DNA of 64,000 bases, taken from positions 64,001-128,000 of the IMG/VR virus record IMGVR_UViG_3300035661_000011. One strand, written 5' to 3'. This DNA comes from a virus. Below, in pieces: positions 1 through 10,635 of this stretch (position 1 is the first letter of the stretch; every line of letters starts with the position of its first letter). Under the pieces are notes generated by a model. It did no database searches, was not told where the DNA came from, and was given only the letters and a program-made list of their open reading frames with translations. A program made the translations under genes and the position numbers.

Positions 1-191
1 TTATTGTATGTTAGGTTACACGCGGGTTTTGTAAAGAATACATATCCTTGGTGGTCAGTGTTATGTGGAATTGGAAGTAGACCTTTGTTAATGCTCAAAC
101 CATATAACATGGTCATTGCAGAACTCCCTGTTGGACCGAGTCCGTGTTCTAAATTACTTAGATTTAAAAAATCATCAATACTTAACGTCAT
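1..191 (-). CDS. Virion structural protein, phiKZ gp88-like (5' part; runs off window start)
   Basis: Not in the ORF track. ATG at 191 opens MTLSIDDFLNLSNLEHGLGPTGSSAMTMLYGLSINKGLLPIPHNTDHQGYVFFTKPACNLTYN with no stop to the window edge. The P.N.D..G..FFT(R/K)P..NL motif and divergent position next to the gp89-like gene fit phiKZ-like phages. Confidence 0.7.
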   Translation of the reverse strand, partial: MTLSIDDFLNLSNLEHGLGPTGSSAMTMLYGLSINKGLLPIPHNTDHQGYVFFTKPACNLTYN

Positions 192-222
192 AGTTTACAC
201 CATTATCTGATAGGACACTTAT

Positions 223-1425
223 ATGAGTACGAGAAATGATTTGACCCATACGCCACTAGAAATAGCAGCGTCGGTAGCCCACGCTGCTCACAGTATCACG
301 AGTAATACACTTGCTGAGTATACACGACCAGCAAGATTAGAACCAATTGCATTAATTGACAAAAGCCTAATGAACAGTTTGAGTGTGGAGCAAATTGTAG
401 CTTTAGAACAGACTATGGTGTCTGTGTTTAGCGGTATGTATTTAATGGCAATTGGCATGACAATGAAAGTCGGGGATATTGTCCCTATGACTATATTAAG
501 TCAGTTTTCAACAAACCGAAGTTTAACATTAGCAGCAGGTAACTCAGTTTACTGGGCTTTTGAAGGACTGTTGGATAAAGCAGTTAGTGACTTTACACAT
601 ATGCCAACAACAGAAGAACTTAGTCTAGCGTTGGATGCTAATATGAATAGCGCGTCCTATGGATTAGAAGCTTGGGGAGATGTCTCAAACGCATACGGGG
701 TCGCTGAAGATACAGACCCTAAGGCCACAAACGTTAAGGAGAGTGTTGACATTGACAAAACTATCCACAACATCATGGACGAATCAAACTTAGTTGTAGG
801 TAAAATATTAAACGTACCAATTAGTTACGGTGACCACACTACAACCATTCAAACAACCGTTACTCTACGTCCCAAATCTATCGCTAGTAGCGATTTAGTT
901 ACAATCTGTAGACATAACTCCAGAGACTTATCTTGGGCTGCTAGATGGCACGCTATGCGTTCTGGTGAAATTGAGTTTGTTAAAGATTGGTTACTGAACC
1001 AAGATGTAATTGAAGAATATCGTAAAGGTCTTCATGCAGATAAAACTGGTTTATTAATGAACCTTAAGTCTAGCCGTACTAAAAATATCTGGGCTGCAAT
1101 CATCAGTGGTAGAGCCTCACCAAATGCAATCTCAGCAATGATGTTTATGTCTAAAGAAACAGCTATGGATATACAACACGCGACTGGTCATAAGTTACAG
1201 AACTTCCACGATAGAGAAAAAATCTTTGAAGGAACTTCTTCCGCTTGGATGATAGTGGTTGATTCTATTCGTGAAACATTTACTATTTATACACGTGGGA
1301 TTGAAGATACGGTTGACAGTAGTTTTGTGCACATTAAGGGTAATGCAAAGAACCCTAAAGGCGTTGACATTAATCAAGTTATGGAAATGTTCAAACTTGG
1401 TAAAGTCAGCAATATGTTAAACTAA
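223..1425 (+). CDS. Internal head protein, phiKZ gp89-like
   Basis: 400 aa, SD-like AGGA upstream; YTRPARLEPIALID N-terminal motif; candidate head-protease sites (AFE, YGLE); synteny. Confidence 0.7.
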   Translation: MSTRNDLTHTPLEIAASVAHAAHSITSNTLAEYTRPARLEPIALIDKSLMNSLSVEQIVALEQTMVSVFSGMYLMAIGMTMKVGDIVPMTILSQFSTNRSLTLAAGNSVYWAFEGLLDKAVSDFTHMPTTEELSLALDANMNSASYGLEAWGDVSNAYGVAEDTDPKATNVKESVDIDKTIHNIMDESNLVVGKILNVPISYGDHTTTIQTTVTLRPKSIASSDLVTICRHNSRDLSWAARWHAMRSGEIEFVKDWLLNQDVIEEYRKGLHADKTGLLMNLKSSRTKNIWAAIISGRASPNAISAMMFMSKETAMDIQHATGHKLQNFHDREKIFEGTSSAWMIVVDSIRETFTIYTRGIEDTVDSSFVHIKGNAKNPKGVDINQVMEMFKLGKVSNMLN

Positions 1426-1443
1426 CTTAATGTTGAGACGATT

Positions 1444-2334
1444 ATGAATTATAGTTTCGAAGCGTTCTTCCACTCTTTAACTCCAAATATTTTACGTAGT
1501 GAGTTAGAGCGTAATGTAGATATGGATATAGGGGAGTTAGAAAACAGAACACTACCTATGTTTGAGCGTGCCCAGGGTGTTAATTTAACGAGTGTCGTTG
1601 AACAACGCATCCACAGTGCAATAATGGGTAGATCCAGTAAAAAAACAGTTTACGATTTGTTATTTGACACTATTCAAAACGTGGTTGATAACAGAGCATT
1701 AATCTTAAAGATGGTATCCACTGAATTTAATAAAGAAAATCCAAAAGAAGTCAGTGACTATTACAAGTTAAACATACTCAAGTATTTAGAGGCGTTTCGC
1801 TTCTTATCTAAATACGCAATTGAATACATCGGTGTGATTGTAATTGAAGCTATGTCTGACAAAGAGTATTTAAGTTTACCAGATATTAAAATGTCAGCTA
1901 AATTTATTACCGATAATGACAACATGGCTCAAATTGCACAGGTGTGTAATCAGTTAAATCGTCCGTTACACGAGTTTCTTAATGAAATAAAATCGTTAAA
2001 GGGACATCAGTTCGTTGAGTACGATTGGAAAGCTAACGCTGAGGCAACAGCAAAGCGTGTAGACGCATTTAAGTCTGGGTTAATACCAGTTAGATGGAAT
2101 CCGTTATATCACGCTCAGTTAATGTTCTCCACTTGGGCTTCAGAGAATGATACAAAAACACAACACGAGTATGAACGTTTACAGTATCTTTTGTTACAAC
2201 TGAAAGACCAACAAGAAAACACCACTGATAAAGTTGTAGCAGAACGACTAAAAAAACAAATCTTATATCGAAGCGATCAAATTAATAAGTTGCAAGTTTC
2301 GATGGAAAAGATTGAGGAACGGTATGCGGTATGA
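1444..2334 (+). CDS. Internal head protein, phiKZ gp90-like
   Basis: 296 aa; GLIPVRWNPLYH motif followed by a C-terminal coiled coil; directly follows the gp89-like gene. Confidence 0.65.
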   Translation: MNYSFEAFFHSLTPNILRSELERNVDMDIGELENRTLPMFERAQGVNLTSVVEQRIHSAIMGRSSKKTVYDLLFDTIQNVVDNRALILKMVSTEFNKENPKEVSDYYKLNILKYLEAFRFLSKYAIEYIGVIVIEAMSDKEYLSLPDIKMSAKFITDNDNMAQIAQVCNQLNRPLHEFLNEIKSLKGHQFVEYDWKANAEATAKRVDAFKSGLIPVRWNPLYHAQLMFSTWASENDTKTQHEYERLQYLLLQLKDQQENTTDKVVAERLKKQILYRSDQINKLQVSMEKIEERYAV

Positions 2335-3026
2335 TAACTGTAACTGAACCCTCATGTAAGCGTATCCACGATATATACACCGCATCATTAAAAATGCGGA
2401 ATAGTGATGGTAATACTTCAAATCCAGATTTTATTGACATATTGGATTTAAACAAAATGGTCTCTACCTATAACGTACTGATTCCTACGTTAGAGGATAA
2501 TGTTTTTTACTGGAAGTTTTTAAACAACTGGTTAGATTACATGGAAACCGGATTTTGGACTATGTTACCGCGTATGTGGTATGAAACATTATGTGATTCA
2601 AAGAACACTCCTCGTTTAGAAAAACATAGGGTGAATGAAGAATATGGATCATACCTCCTTAAACGTAAACGTATATGTGAGCGTTTAAAGCTAGACCCAT
2701 CACCAGGTAACGATAACTTAGTTAAACTACACTGGGTGATGCGTAAAGATGGCGAGGATAGCTTTATATCAATGGCTCACACGTTAATGCGTGTGTTTTT
2801 ATATGTAAACTGTTTAACCCTAAATGGGTTACGCACTAATGCTAGTACACCAACCGATGATGTTGTGAAAAACCTAGATCGTAGTTTTAACTCAGCTGAC
2901 CAAAACGCTTGGCCGGTTGGAGGAAATAACAGTTTGGAACGTATGAAAGGTTTAGATCAAAGAGCGAATGATACCAACGAAAACATTGGTACTATACGTA
3001 CGGTTGGTGAATGGATGGAATCGTAG
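2331..3026 (+). CDS. Hypothetical protein (head gene block)
   Basis: 231 aa ORF, ATGA overlap with upstream stop. Confidence 0.6.
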   Translation: MITVTEPSCKRIHDIYTASLKMRNSDGNTSNPDFIDILDLNKMVSTYNVLIPTLEDNVFYWKFLNNWLDYMETGFWTMLPRMWYETLCDSKNTPRLEKHRVNEEYGSYLLKRKRICERLKLDPSPGNDNLVKLHWVMRKDGEDSFISMAHTLMRVFLYVNCLTLNGLRTNASTPTDDVVKNLDRSFNSADQNAWPVGGNNSLERMKGLDQRANDTNENIGTIRTVGEWMES

Positions 3027-3129
3027 TCAATAAACTAATAAAGTGGTTTACTGATTTTGTAATTATATGTACTTAAAGTGCAAATTAATATTAATTTTTA
3101 TTTAAACAATTGTTAAAAGGTAAAATATC

Positions 3130-4479
3130 ATGGCCGGATTTAGTTTGTTAGATGATGAAGAATTGAACGTAGATATTTCTAATGGCGATATTCTGGAAAT
3201 TATTCCAGAAGAAGAACTGGATGCACATGCTCCAGATGAAGCGTTAGAAACTGATGTTGAAGACATTGGTGAAATTGCTGAAGGTCTTGAAGCGTGTCAC
3301 GATATGTTGGCAATGGCTGCGGCTGCAAATGCGATGAATCCACAAGCTGCACAGTTTGCAGGCTTAGCTATTCAATTAGCTGAACGTAACATTCGCGGTA
3401 ACTTTAGCGAAGGTTTGGATAAAGCGTTAGACGGTAAGGGTAAATATGGACTAGAGGCATTTGAAGACAAAGCTTCTGGTACAGCGTATGCCTCATACGC
3501 TATGTTGGGCATTATGGATACCCTGGAACGTATCTGGACTCGCATCGTTGAATTCTTAACCAAATGGTTCGACAAAGTTGCCACTTGGTTTAATAAGTAT
3601 TTGTCTGGTGCAGCTTTTGCAAAACGTAAAGCTGATGCGATTAAGAAAAAAGCAGACAAAGAACTAGGTTCAGTAAAGAAAGAACAAATTGAAATGAACC
3701 AAACTGAATCGTTGAATTTATCACTCGATGGTAAATTTGAACCAGCCCCCGCTATTAAAGCAACTATGGATGCTTTAAAAGGCATTGATTGCGAAAAAAT
3801 CGTTGATGCCTCTAAGGACAATTTGATATTGCTAAGAACACATTTGGAAGCCGCAAAGAAAGGCACTCTGAAAGATGGCGTATCCGGTAAAAGTGTAATG
3901 TCAATGCATCAACAAGCTGCAAAAGTTGCTTCAAGTATGGGTCCCAACTTTGTGGTTTTCAACGATACGCGTTTTAAAGAATCTAGTACACAAATGCACG
4001 TACGTGGAAAAAATATTTCTGGCGGCCAAATGGTTGTCATTACTATTAACGGTAAAGAAGTTGATGGAGCCTCAATCTTCAAAAGTATGTCTACATCTGT
4101 CGTTAAGATTGACGTTAAAGCTAAAGGTGATAGGAAAGTGGATGCGTTATCAACCGGCGCCATTAGTAGCTTGGCTGATTTATGCTCAGAGTCGTGTTCC
4201 GAACTTATTAAGTTTAAAGACCAATATCGTGACGGTAAACGTGATTTAGCTTCATTTAAGAAACATGTCGATGAGATTATTAAAGACGTTAGTGATATCT
4301 CAACCGATAAAGCGACATCTGAAATCAAAAGCATTACCTCAGCTTACATTGGTGGTATGGCTAGCACTGTCTCTTCACCATACAGTGTAGCAAAAGCTTA
4401 CCAGTCTCAAGCATTAACATCTATTAATGCAGCGTTGAACTACTGTTTGAAATCGTTAAGTAACCACAAAAAAGACTAA
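3130..4479 (+). CDS. Inner-body/internal head protein, phiKZ gp93/gp95/gp97-family-like
   Basis: 449 aa; acidic N-terminal propeptide with ALE/GLE/YGLE sites, then the GIMDTLERIWTRIVEFLTKWFDKV amphipathic helix and a Lys-rich body; SD AAAAGG. Confidence 0.75.
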   Translation: MAGFSLLDDEELNVDISNGDILEIIPEEELDAHAPDEALETDVEDIGEIAEGLEACHDMLAMAAAANAMNPQAAQFAGLAIQLAERNIRGNFSEGLDKALDGKGKYGLEAFEDKASGTAYASYAMLGIMDTLERIWTRIVEFLTKWFDKVATWFNKYLSGAAFAKRKADAIKKKADKELGSVKKEQIEMNQTESLNLSLDGKFEPAPAIKATMDALKGIDCEKIVDASKDNLILLRTHLEAAKKGTLKDGVSGKSVMSMHQQAAKVASSMGPNFVVFNDTRFKESSTQMHVRGKNISGGQMVVITINGKEVDGASIFKSMSTSVVKIDVKAKGDRKVDALSTGAISSLADLCSESCSELIKFKDQYRDGKRDLASFKKHVDEIIKDVSDISTDKATSEIKSITSAYIGGMASTVSSPYSVAKAYQSQALTSINAALNYCLKSLSNHKKD

Positions 4480-4496
4480 TACCGATTAGTGTAACT

Positions 4497-4532
4497 AGGT
4501 AGGACCTACGGGAATTCCCGTAGGTCCTACCT
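4497..4532. terminator. 36-bp perfect palindrome (centre GAATTC), putative terminator
   Basis: AGGTAGGACCTACGGGAA|TTCCCGTAGGTCCTACCT, 17 nt after a stop codon, T-rich downstream. Confidence 0.75.
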
Positions 4533-4595
4533 TTATTACGTCATTTATTATTTTTATTAAAAATCATATAGACTCAAACCCAACAGGCGTATATA

Positions 4596-6113
4596 ATGAC
4601 AAATGTAACAATTCCATTACGAGAAAGTAGTAGTTCAATAACACTACCTATAGTTAAAGCTGTAGTAGAACAATTTCTGTTTCTTTCTGAAGCTGAACAT
4701 ATCAGAAATATCATTTACACACAGAGAACTAACAAAAATACACAGAAGCAAACCAATGAAATACAAGAACCTTTACGTTTAGAAACTAACGAATTAATAA
4801 AGGTCGAATATAGTGTAAAACCAGATACAACAATTGCAGATAACGATAAGTATCTACGAGACTACTTACCTATTTTTAATAACAAAAAACTAGGTGTAGT
4901 TTTAACACCTATGCATGCACATATGGTGTTAGAGATGAATGTTACATATAGGTCACAAAGCTATGACGATTTACTCATATGGCTGACTAACCATGTTAGA
5001 AACACAATGCGATTATCTGCTAGCTCACACCATAACATTTTGTATAACATAACCATACCAGATGAAGTCTACGATTACTTATATGATGTATGGGGTTTAA
5101 CTGAAACGGTTGCGCCGTATGGTAATACGTTTCGTGAGTTTTTAATCGATGGGTTTGTTACTGGTTTATCATTAAGAAAAAATAAAAGTGAAACTGCTGA
5201 AAAACTAATAGTGGCAATTAAAAACACAGCGTGTTTAGGGATGTATACTACATTACCACCCGAAGTGCCAACTACCCAAGGTGAACCACCATTCTCAGAG
5301 ATTACGTTTACATACACGCTTAATTTTGAACAACCTACTGCACTTATACTACGGTTCCAGAAAATCGTCCATAATCGACTTGTAGACATTCGGAGACTAT
5401 ATAAGTTTGCAGATAGAAACTTACACGATGACCCAATGCGAGGAACACACAGTTTAGCTGGAGTGGTGTATGACCAAACAAAAAATCAACAAAATGTAGT
5501 AACGTATCCAGCAAGGTATGTTAATGAATCCGATGGGTGGGTACCAGAGGTTGTACAACCAGGACACAAAATTTACACACTGACTCCTATTCGATTAGAC
5601 TTAGATGATTTACACAGCGTAATAACCTTTTCAGATTTAATTGAATTAGGGTTTCCTGACTGGATGTTAAATGTAGTTATGACGGATATAGTGGCTCCAG
5701 TAACTCCATCTAAGTGGTTTTATCTATTTGTTTTATATGAGGTTAATGAAACAGAAAACATAGTTCCAATTTACATTGATGTTGAATCTGGTGAAATTAA
5801 ATCTATGATTTCATTAGACCCCAGAAGTAGACATTACTTATGTGTTTATAAAAACTTTAAATTGGGTACTGTGGATTTATCAGTGTTACGCAAAGACCCT
5901 GTGTTACTCACTCAAATATTTAATAACTACATACCAAATACACAACTGATTACTATCGGAAATGGTAGTTATGTAGTTACAGATAGTTTACTTACACAAA
6001 TGAACAATGTGTTAGCATTACTGCAACAGCCGTGGGATAATCCAAACTATGTACCGTATAAAGTATTACGTGACGGTACATTCACTTCCACTGTTGTTAG
6101 AAACCAACATTAA
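4596..6113 (+). CDS. Virion structural protein (phiKZ gp98-like position)
   Basis: 505 aa ORF; synteny. Confidence 0.55.
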   Translation: MTNVTIPLRESSSSITLPIVKAVVEQFLFLSEAEHIRNIIYTQRTNKNTQKQTNEIQEPLRLETNELIKVEYSVKPDTTIADNDKYLRDYLPIFNNKKLGVVLTPMHAHMVLEMNVTYRSQSYDDLLIWLTNHVRNTMRLSASSHHNILYNITIPDEVYDYLYDVWGLTETVAPYGNTFREFLIDGFVTGLSLRKNKSETAEKLIVAIKNTACLGMYTTLPPEVPTTQGEPPFSEITFTYTLNFEQPTALILRFQKIVHNRLVDIRRLYKFADRNLHDDPMRGTHSLAGVVYDQTKNQQNVVTYPARYVNESDGWVPEVVQPGHKIYTLTPIRLDLDDLHSVITFSDLIELGFPDWMLNVVMTDIVAPVTPSKWFYLFVLYEVNETENIVPIYIDVESGEIKSMISLDPRSRHYLCVYKNFKLGTVDLSVLRKDPVLLTQIFNNYIPNTQLITIGNGSYVVTDSLLTQMNNVLALLQQPWDNPNYVPYKVLRDGTFTSTVVRNQH

Positions 6114-6125
6114 AGGAACCTGAGC

Positions 6126-7424
6126 ATGCCTACATTCAACGAAAACGATAACTACTATACGGAAGTACCACTAAAGGTAGAATCTATCCCACCGACTGAA
6201 TTTAATGAAATAATAGATTTGGATATTGATACCGCCAGCGTGTTTAGAGATATACAGTACGATGGTTCGGTACTACTGAGTTTAAATGGTAGCCCTAACA
6301 ACGTAACGTATTACTCAAAGCTACTCCAGTCAGATGACTTAGTGGTTAATGCAGATGATATTTCCGATAGGACAATAAAACAGTATAGAAGGATTAACCA
6401 TCTTGAAATAAGGGTCACACAAGCTGATAGCATGACACTTGATGATTCAAGTAATACATCTGCTGTAACTGGTACAGCAAACTTCTACCCTGTGCTCACT
6501 CCACACATAGGGGATGTATTTGTAAAAGACATAGATTCCACAGAAGGGACATATGGTGTTTTTCAAGTAACCAATGTAGAAAGAAAATCTCCATATCACA
6601 TGAGCTCTTGGGGGATATCATATTCTCAAATCAGATACTCTAAGTCATTTAAAGATGAAGAGTCTGAACCATTTGTATTTGATGAAATTGATTTTGAGAT
6701 TAGTAATTTGGAGTTAGGTAGAAACCCCTTAGTTCCAGTGGTCACTAACTTAAAGTTACAAACTAAACAACAGATACGAGCTGAGTTAATACCCCTATAT
6801 TACCGAACGTTTTATAACAAACCGATTGGTACATTCATAGTTCCAATTAGTGGTGGCGGAACTGTATACGACCCATATCTTGTAAACTTTTGGAATTCTA
6901 CTATAAGTGTAAATGAATACTCTCCTTATGCAGCACCAATTGAATACCAGACTAACAACGCGTTTCATGAAAAAGAATACTCCACTGTGTTTGATGTGTA
7001 CATGAAGCAACAAATCGGATTACTACAAAATGTAGTAAAATGTATGGATAAAATATCAACATTGTTTTTTTCTGCACAGTTATTAAAAATAACAGCTTTT
7101 GCAACTGGGTTAGATTATATACTACATCCGCCGATGAACATAGATTGGGACGACGCACCTATGTTTAAACCAGAGGTAATAGTTCCAGTTATACCACCAA
7201 CTGATCCAATCGTGTTACCGACACCATACATCTTTAGTAACAACTTTTATGATAGTGGAGTACCGGATACATTGTTGGAAAAGTTAATATTAAGCGTGAT
7301 TTCACGTAAGACTATATCTACAAAAGACGTTAACCAAGCTTTAGAAATTGTTAAAACTGGAACTAAACTAGAACAGTTCTATCACATACCTTTTATTTTA
7401 TCATTGTTACAGGTGTCGAGATGA
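6126..7424 (+). CDS. Virion structural protein, phiKZ gp99-like
   Basis: 432 aa; VTYYSKLL, QYRRINHLEIRV, PHIGDVF, YDPYLVNF and EQFYHIP motifs; synteny. Confidence 0.65.
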   Translation: MPTFNENDNYYTEVPLKVESIPPTEFNEIIDLDIDTASVFRDIQYDGSVLLSLNGSPNNVTYYSKLLQSDDLVVNADDISDRTIKQYRRINHLEIRVTQADSMTLDDSSNTSAVTGTANFYPVLTPHIGDVFVKDIDSTEGTYGVFQVTNVERKSPYHMSSWGISYSQIRYSKSFKDEESEPFVFDEIDFEISNLELGRNPLVPVVTNLKLQTKQQIRAELIPLYYRTFYNKPIGTFIVPISGGGTVYDPYLVNFWNSTISVNEYSPYAAPIEYQTNNAFHEKEYSTVFDVYMKQQIGLLQNVVKCMDKISTLFFSAQLLKITAFATGLDYILHPPMNIDWDDAPMFKPEVIVPVIPPTDPIVLPTPYIFSNNFYDSGVPDTLLEKLILSVISRKTISTKDVNQALEIVKTGTKLEQFYHIPFILSLLQVSR

Positions 7425-8089
7425 GTGGAGATATTCCGACGTATGAATCTTTACAAAAATACACACAGCTTTTATTTGACCGCACGTACAGATGTATGTG
7501 TGATTTAGTGAGCTTATCGGTTATACAAAAGTTACCTGAGTTAGATATACCTGATACGCCGTTTATTGAGTCGATTGGTATGCATGGTTTTAATTTAGGT
7601 GTGGTAAGAAGTGAAACTAATAACACTTACGATTTGTTAGAAACAGCGTATGGGTGGTCACGTGACTTAGGTGGATATGAGTTTTCACAACACAAAGGTG
7701 AGGGCAGTGTAGAATCTCACAACTTCACGATAGTGCAGATTGCTGAGATTGTGGCTGGGTATGGTAGAGTTGACTTAACATCGGTTAATGACGGAAGAGA
7801 AATTGCTTTTAATATAAGTAAATTTTTAGAAGTAGAAGAAAAATACGCAAGAGTAGATTTACATTATGAACGTCCACCTAAAGAAGATTTACAGGGGCTA
7901 AGAAACTTGTTAGCGTTAGTTGATGGGTTCTTAGAAAAAGCACCAGTTAGAAGTCACAGTAACCGCAAACCTTTACGTTTCGGAACTACTTCTGCAAGTA
8001 CGATAAACAACACTATTACATTACGTAGACAGCAAGAATACCGTGATGACCCAAGAACTCATATTAACCCACATAACTTTTCAAGATGA
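7421..8089 (+). CDS. Hypothetical protein (phiKZ gp100-like position)
   Basis: 222 aa, ATGA-coupled on both sides; RPPKEDL motif. Confidence 0.55.
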   Translation: MSGDIPTYESLQKYTQLLFDRTYRCMCDLVSLSVIQKLPELDIPDTPFIESIGMHGFNLGVVRSETNNTYDLLETAYGWSRDLGGYEFSQHKGEGSVESHNFTIVQIAEIVAGYGRVDLTSVNDGREIAFNISKFLEVEEKYARVDLHYERPPKEDLQGLRNLLALVDGFLEKAPVRSHSNRKPLRFGTTSASTINNTITLRRQQEYRDDPRTHINPHNFSR

Positions 8090-9435
8090 TTATAGACGAT
8101 AAGGTATTTCAGCAGCAGTTCCTTAAAGTGGGAACTTCTAAACAGAAACCAGTAAACTTTACATATAAAGCGGAGTTTGTAGATGAGAACAATAGTGTAA
8201 TTCCTGTACACAATGTTTTACGATTGCAAGTGGCTGCAAATTACATTGAGCATTTTAGTGATGTAATTTTCTACACTATGGATATGTTTAAAAGTAACTA
8301 TTTTAAACTACTGAAAACCAATCGTAAAAGCTTAATGTTACGAGTTACTAAAACTGAATGTTCTTATACTGGTATTATAAATCAAAATGCTACATCGTCT
8401 AGTAGATTATACGATGTAGCATTAACTAATACTACTTCGGAGGCAGTAGAAACTAGACCAGGTAAGTTAACTGGAACTGAGTGGGATGACTTAGGTGGAT
8501 TTCATGAACTTACAGTCCAATTAATAGAGAGAGGATTAAATGAATTTAGAAACTGGGATGTTCCAGCTAGAGTGTATAAAAACTGTAATCTGACTACATT
8601 GTTACAGGGGTTTATGTCAACCCCACTTAAGTCATTAGACCCAAACATGAAAGTTGGATACGGGTGTACTATACACCCACCAGATAACGATGTTAAGTTC
8701 TTTCAGCGTAAAATTCCAGCTGGGATTAGAATTTATAAGTTTCCTAGACATATGCAGAATACGGTGGGTGTATATGGAAACGGATTAGCGTCGTATTTAT
8801 CAAACTCTATGTGGCATGTGTTCCCAACACACAACGTAGATAGATACACTAATGGTTCTAAAAAGATGACTATTATAAACGTTCCAAGAAATGAGATGAT
8901 GGGAAATAACAATAGTTATTTTTTGGACGCTAATGACGATGAGTTATATGTATACGCTACAGGTGACACATCACACGTTGATAACTCTGATAGAGCAATG
9001 AATAAAGTTGGTACTGGGTTTACCACTGTAAATCCAAATAACCTACTGGACGGATTTGTTAAGAACGATAAAGGTACATTAGTTATTCCTAAAGGACAAA
9101 ACTTAATGAGTGTCAACTTTGATTCTCGTTCTAGTGATATTAACAATGTAAAAACTAGTAAGCCTATATCTGGTAATCGTTTTAATGAAGCATCAAAAAT
9201 AACTAAGTCTATGGTTAATACAATTGTGGTAACGTGGGAGTATTCTAATACAGATTTATTGTACCCAGGTATGCCAGTTAAATTCATCTATAAGAATGGA
9301 GAGACTGCACATATGTTACATGGTGTTTTAGCAGGACATCACACCGAGGCAATAACACCCATGCAGTCTGTAACAGATCACAGGTACAAGTCCACAACTC
9401 AGTTAATACTAACTGTGGAACGAGCTAGTAATTAG
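8086..9435 (+). CDS. Virion structural (baseplate hub-like) protein, phiKZ gp101-like
   Basis: 449 aa; GVYGNGLASY and WEYSNTDLLYPGMPVK motifs; synteny. Confidence 0.65.
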   Translation: MIIDDKVFQQQFLKVGTSKQKPVNFTYKAEFVDENNSVIPVHNVLRLQVAANYIEHFSDVIFYTMDMFKSNYFKLLKTNRKSLMLRVTKTECSYTGIINQNATSSSRLYDVALTNTTSEAVETRPGKLTGTEWDDLGGFHELTVQLIERGLNEFRNWDVPARVYKNCNLTTLLQGFMSTPLKSLDPNMKVGYGCTIHPPDNDVKFFQRKIPAGIRIYKFPRHMQNTVGVYGNGLASYLSNSMWHVFPTHNVDRYTNGSKKMTIINVPRNEMMGNNNSYFLDANDDELYVYATGDTSHVDNSDRAMNKVGTGFTTVNPNNLLDGFVKNDKGTLVIPKGQNLMSVNFDSRSSDINNVKTSKPISGNRFNEASKITKSMVNTIVVTWEYSNTDLLYPGMPVKFIYKNGETAHMLHGVLAGHHTEAITPMQSVTDHRYKSTTQLILTVERASN

Positions 9436-9453
9436 AAAGTTCAATTTATATAA

Positions 9454-9468
9454 AAACATATATTATCT
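9454..9468 (+). promoter_or_regulatory. Putative early (virion RNAP) promoter motif, copy 1
   Basis: AAACATATATTATCT, intergenic, one of 10 copies; resembles the phiKZ early TATATTAC core. Confidence 0.75.
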
Positions 9469-9469
9469 T

Positions 9470-9650
9470 GGTGATATAGTTACTTTATCGCTTACACTAA
9501 AATGTGCGTCTGGAGGTTTAATTAACAACGGTGCATTACGAACCATTGATAAGTTAGGCGTTATTTCCATAGTTAACAATAAAAACTTATCACCTGCATA
9601 AACCTTATATGGTGGATCCCTGACAGAAATGTCAGGAGTCCACCACTAGT
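9470..9650 (+). ncRNA. Candidate structured small RNA or long structured leader
   Basis: No ORF of 60 aa or more between promoter copy 1 and a GAAA-loop hairpin; nested complementarity 9514-9520/9599-9605, 9532-9535/9595-9598, 9547-9555/9584-9592. Confidence 0.3.
9610..9645 (+). terminator. Imperfect hairpin with GAAA loop
   Basis: TGGTGGA-TC-CCTGACA GAAA TGTCAGG-AG-TCCACCA. Confidence 0.55.
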
Positions 9651-9684
9651 TTAAAACATTTAACTTTATTCGGAGATTTACAGT

Positions 9685-10632
9685 ATGTCATCAACTACCA
9701 ATATTACTAAAGAACAAGAAGCTTACATTATCACACTTATTGAAAATGGCGGGTTCTTAAAAGAAGAAGATTTACAGTACAGGGATGTGTTTCGTGCTGT
9801 TGGATTTGTAGTGACTCATGATAACGGGGAGTTCTATTTAACCGGTATGACGCATATACAGAGTGGTATTTTAACAAAATACCGCATTTCAGCACTACAC
9901 AAGAAGATGTTAATGAAAGGACATGACGTTCCACTGGATGTGGTCGCAGCACTTGTGAAACAATCACATACCAAAGTGCACCCAGTGTTATTTCAGTTAG
10001 GTGTAATTTTTACAAACGACACCTTACTAAAACACTTTCTAAGAAACCCACTGTTTTTACACGGTAGTGTTTCAGAAAGTTCAACGTGTGACTATGAAGA
10101 TTGGTTACAACGAACTATGTCTGTGGCTACAATCTACCAGTTTCAAACGATATTAAAGGCACATGATTTAAAGTTGATAGAAACTGCTATTGACAAAGTG
10201 CACACTCAGCTGAAAGGAGTTATCGATTTTGTAAAGTATGAAAAACCAAAAGATTACATTAGATACAATCAACCAAAATTAAGGTTGGGGAATCTTTGTA
10301 TTAAAGAAATTCTCGATTACGGTAAGGATTTTACTGAAGAAGCAGAGTGGGTACTTAAACAGCATTTAAAGTTGGAAGATTGTAAGTTCCCATATTTGCT
10401 GTGTAGTAAGAAGAAACGCGAAATAAATGAGCCAGACGAAGTCGTAGTGCTTCAAAAGTATACAACCGCTGGTGAAGCATTGAGTGAATGTAAAAAGCAC
10501 TCTGGGCGACTTATTGTGATGATTAATTTTAAACGTAACAAGTTGGGATGGTTTGAGTTACATGAACGTATAACGAGCGGAAAATATGTTTACATTGGTT
10601 CCGAAGATCGTCTAACTACACACAAGGGGTAA
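9685..10632 (+). CDS. Hypothetical protein (early cassette)
   Basis: 315 aa, SD GGAG upstream. Confidence 0.7.
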   Translation: MSSTTNITKEQEAYIITLIENGGFLKEEDLQYRDVFRAVGFVVTHDNGEFYLTGMTHIQSGILTKYRISALHKKMLMKGHDVPLDVVAALVKQSHTKVHPVLFQLGVIFTNDTLLKHFLRNPLFLHGSVSESSTCDYEDWLQRTMSVATIYQFQTILKAHDLKLIETAIDKVHTQLKGVIDFVKYEKPKDYIRYNQPKLRLGNLCIKEILDYGKDFTEEAEWVLKQHLKLEDCKFPYLLCSKKKREINEPDEVVVLQKYTTAGEALSECKKHSGRLIVMINFKRNKLGWFELHERITSGKYVYIGSEDRLTTHKG

Positions 10633-10635
10633 CTT

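Noticed and set aside
4-210. 68-aa + strand ORF from the track
   Set aside because: It is the shadow of the - strand gp88-like gene starting at 191.
3061-3072. TATG-type late promoters (for example near 3066, 12763, 55103 and on the - strand near 37470, 59944)
   Set aside because: Plausible by analogy with phiKZ, but too short to call in an AT-rich genome without TSS data.
3372-4334. Long antisense ORFs (also 26689-27321, 40600-41640, 45259-45750 and others)
   Set aside because: They lie fully opposite well-supported genes, have Ser/Leu-rich shadow composition and no SD or recognisable motifs.
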